This document shows positions 62,535-64,000 of a DNA stretch of 64,000 nucleotides, piece after piece. Each line of letters opens with the position of its first letter. Position 1 is the stretch's first letter. The stretch is from Alphaproteobacteria bacterium (GTDB taxonomy: Bacteria > Pseudomonadota > Alphaproteobacteria > Bin95): contig CAXXWS020000003.1 in NCBI GenBank assembly GCA_963665325.3, positions 128,001 through 192,000 on the forward strand. The letters run 5' to 3'. The notes under the pieces are model-generated. The model saw only the letters and a list, made by a program, of their open reading frames with translations. It was not told where the DNA came from and did not search any database. A program made the position numbers and the translations under genes.

Positions 62535-62661
62535 GGCGCGGGATGGTGCGGCGACGAGCGGACCGGAGGAGACGCAACGCGCCAGCGCGCCGCCATCGCT
62601 GTTCGAGCAGCCCGATCCGAGAGACGGCAAGCTCGTCGAGGCCGTCGGTAACCATCGCCTG

Positions 62662-63465
62662 TCAAAAGTGCATCCGCACCCCGATTTCGAACAGGTGCGC
62701 CCGCAGATCTGTCTTTACGTCGATCGCATTGCCGAGGGCGTTCCGGCCGTTGAACTCCAGGTCGTTTGCAGTCTGCAGGCGGTAACCGAATTGCAAGGTT
62801 GTCCTGTCGTTGAGCCGGTATCCCACCCCCACGCCGAAATGGTAGGCGATCGAGGTGTCCGTCGATGAAATCTCCGGCACGAAGCCGGGAGGCAAGGTTT
62901 GTGGCAAGAATGCGTTTGCCAGCGCGTTGGCGTCGTATTCCAGATCGCCCTGGTCCACCCGGATGAGGCCGACGCCGCCGCCGATATAGGGGGTCCAGTC
63001 GGAGCCCGTCTGAATGTCGAGCCAGACATTCGCCATGGCGCCCGTCTGGCTGGCGCTGCCGGAGATCGGGACATCTACCTTGCCGAGCCCGGGAATCGCC
63101 TGGCCCCCGACGGTCACGCTGCCATAAGTCTGCTTGTCCACCCTGGCCCGCGCGAAGAACAGCTCGCCCTCGACGCGCAGGTTCCCGCCGAGCCTGTAGC
63201 CCACCACGCCGGCGAGCTTGAAACCGGCCTTGTATTCGGAGGTGGCCTTCGCGCTGTAAGGCGCCGGGTTGCCTGCGATCATGTTGCTGCCGGTCGTCTT
63301 CGACTCCGTGTCGTCGATGAACATGACCGGAACCTGAAAGCCGAGATACCAGGGCGAGTCCGCCGCCTGCGCCTGTGACAGGGAAGCGCACGGGGCAAGG
63401 AGCGCAAGGGTTGCAATCGCGGAAATCCGAAAGGCAGGTCTTTCAACAAGGCGGCGGCCTGTCAT
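62662..63465 (-). CDS. Outer membrane beta-barrel protein (OmpA-like/P44-Msp2-like)
   Basis: Signal peptide; GYRLGGNLRVEGE, WTPYIGGGVG, AYHFGVGVGY; terminal Phe. Confidence 0.85.
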   Translation of the reverse strand: MTGRRLVERPAFRISAIATLALLAPCASLSQAQAADSPWYLGFQVPVMFIDDTESKTTGSNMIAGNPAPYSAKATSEYKAGFKLAGVVGYRLGGNLRVEGELFFARARVDKQTYGSVTVGGQAIPGLGKVDVPISGSASQTGAMANVWLDIQTGSDWTPYIGGGVGLIRVDQGDLEYDANALANAFLPQTLPPGFVPEISSTDTSIAYHFGVGVGYRLNDRTTLQFGYRLQTANDLEFNGRNALGNAIDVKTDLRAHLFEIGVRMHF

Positions 63466-63871
63466 GCGCTGTTTCCTCCCGACATGTACGATTTTCCACA
63501 TTCAACCATTTTACAGTTGCATGATTTGTGGCCGTTTGTGATGCGACATTGCTGCTGCGCTTGGCGTTCTTGTTGCTGGAGGACCACTGCGGGATTTCGG
63601 AAGACCTGTGCGAGGCAGAGCTACTCGACCGCAATTCTTTGGCCGGTCTCGACCGACAACGACAACGCAACGGGTTGTACGGACCCCTCTACGGGGAGAT
63701 CAAGATCGACCCCGGCAAACTGCGGCTCTCCCGGCGTTAGCGTGCATTTCTGCACGAATCTGGCTCATACCCTCGTGCCAATCATCGGGATTCGCGTCGG
63801 CATGCGACTCCAGTTGACGCGGTGGGGGTCCGGACCGTATCCCGGCCGTCGCGGAAAGGGAGGGTAAACCG

Positions 63872-64000
63872 TTGAACGGCAACGACGAGCCGACCGCGCC
63901 GGACGCGCGCATCGGGGAGAGCCCCGACCTCGATACGCTGCTCACCGAGGCGCTGGTGGAGGTGCGCGCGCTGACCGGCGCCCGCTACGGCGGCGTCGCG
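63872..64000 (+). CDS. Start of a GAF-domain signalling protein (partial, runs off the window)
   Basis: GGAGG RBS and TTG start; RIGESPDLDTLLTEALVEVRALTGARYG resembles a GAF N-terminal helix. Confidence 0.5.
   Translation, partial: MNGNDEPTAPDARIGESPDLDTLLTEALVEVRALTGARYGGVA

Noticed and set aside
63528-63740. 70-aa ORF
   Set aside because: No recognisable motif or RBS; cannot be supported as a gene.

Overview
High-GC alphaproteobacterial chromosomal segment; Rhodospirillales-like and possibly host- or sponge-associated (inference from gene content only). All calls come from reading motifs by eye; no database search was run. The backbone is mostly housekeeping and catabolic genes: bolA, J-domain, cobS-cobT, AidB-like acyl-CoA dehydrogenase, enoyl-CoA hydratase, soxBDAG plus ureidoglycolate lyase, recQ, metA with its P-loop partner, a TRAP transporter, phnA, trxB, alaX-sseA-metC and the large NAD-glutamate dehydrogenase. 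Accessory elements are a Phd-VapC toxin-antitoxin pair, a complete bufferin-type MNIO RiPP cluster (DUF2282-DUF692-DUF2063-DoxX), an orphan HEPN gene and a secreted eukaryote-like cyclophilin. The right end is degraded: a truncated hydantoinase B gene, an inverse-autotransporter/Calx-beta-like gene split by IS630 and IS5, an IS66 remnant and autotransporter debris. The best candidate for an undescribed system is the locus at about 6.3-10.1 kb. It encodes an exported or membrane-anchored protein with a perfect (Gly-Asp)84 tract, an overlapping Rz1/o-spanin-like lipoprotein and an Asp/Asn beta-hydroxylase. These face a membrane-anchored LuxR regulator and an uncharacterised AMMECR1/six-hairpin-like enzyme. 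It may make a ribosomally encoded, beta-hydroxylated poly(Gly-Asp) metal- or mineral-binding envelope polymer. No rRNA, tRNA or CRISPR array was recognised.
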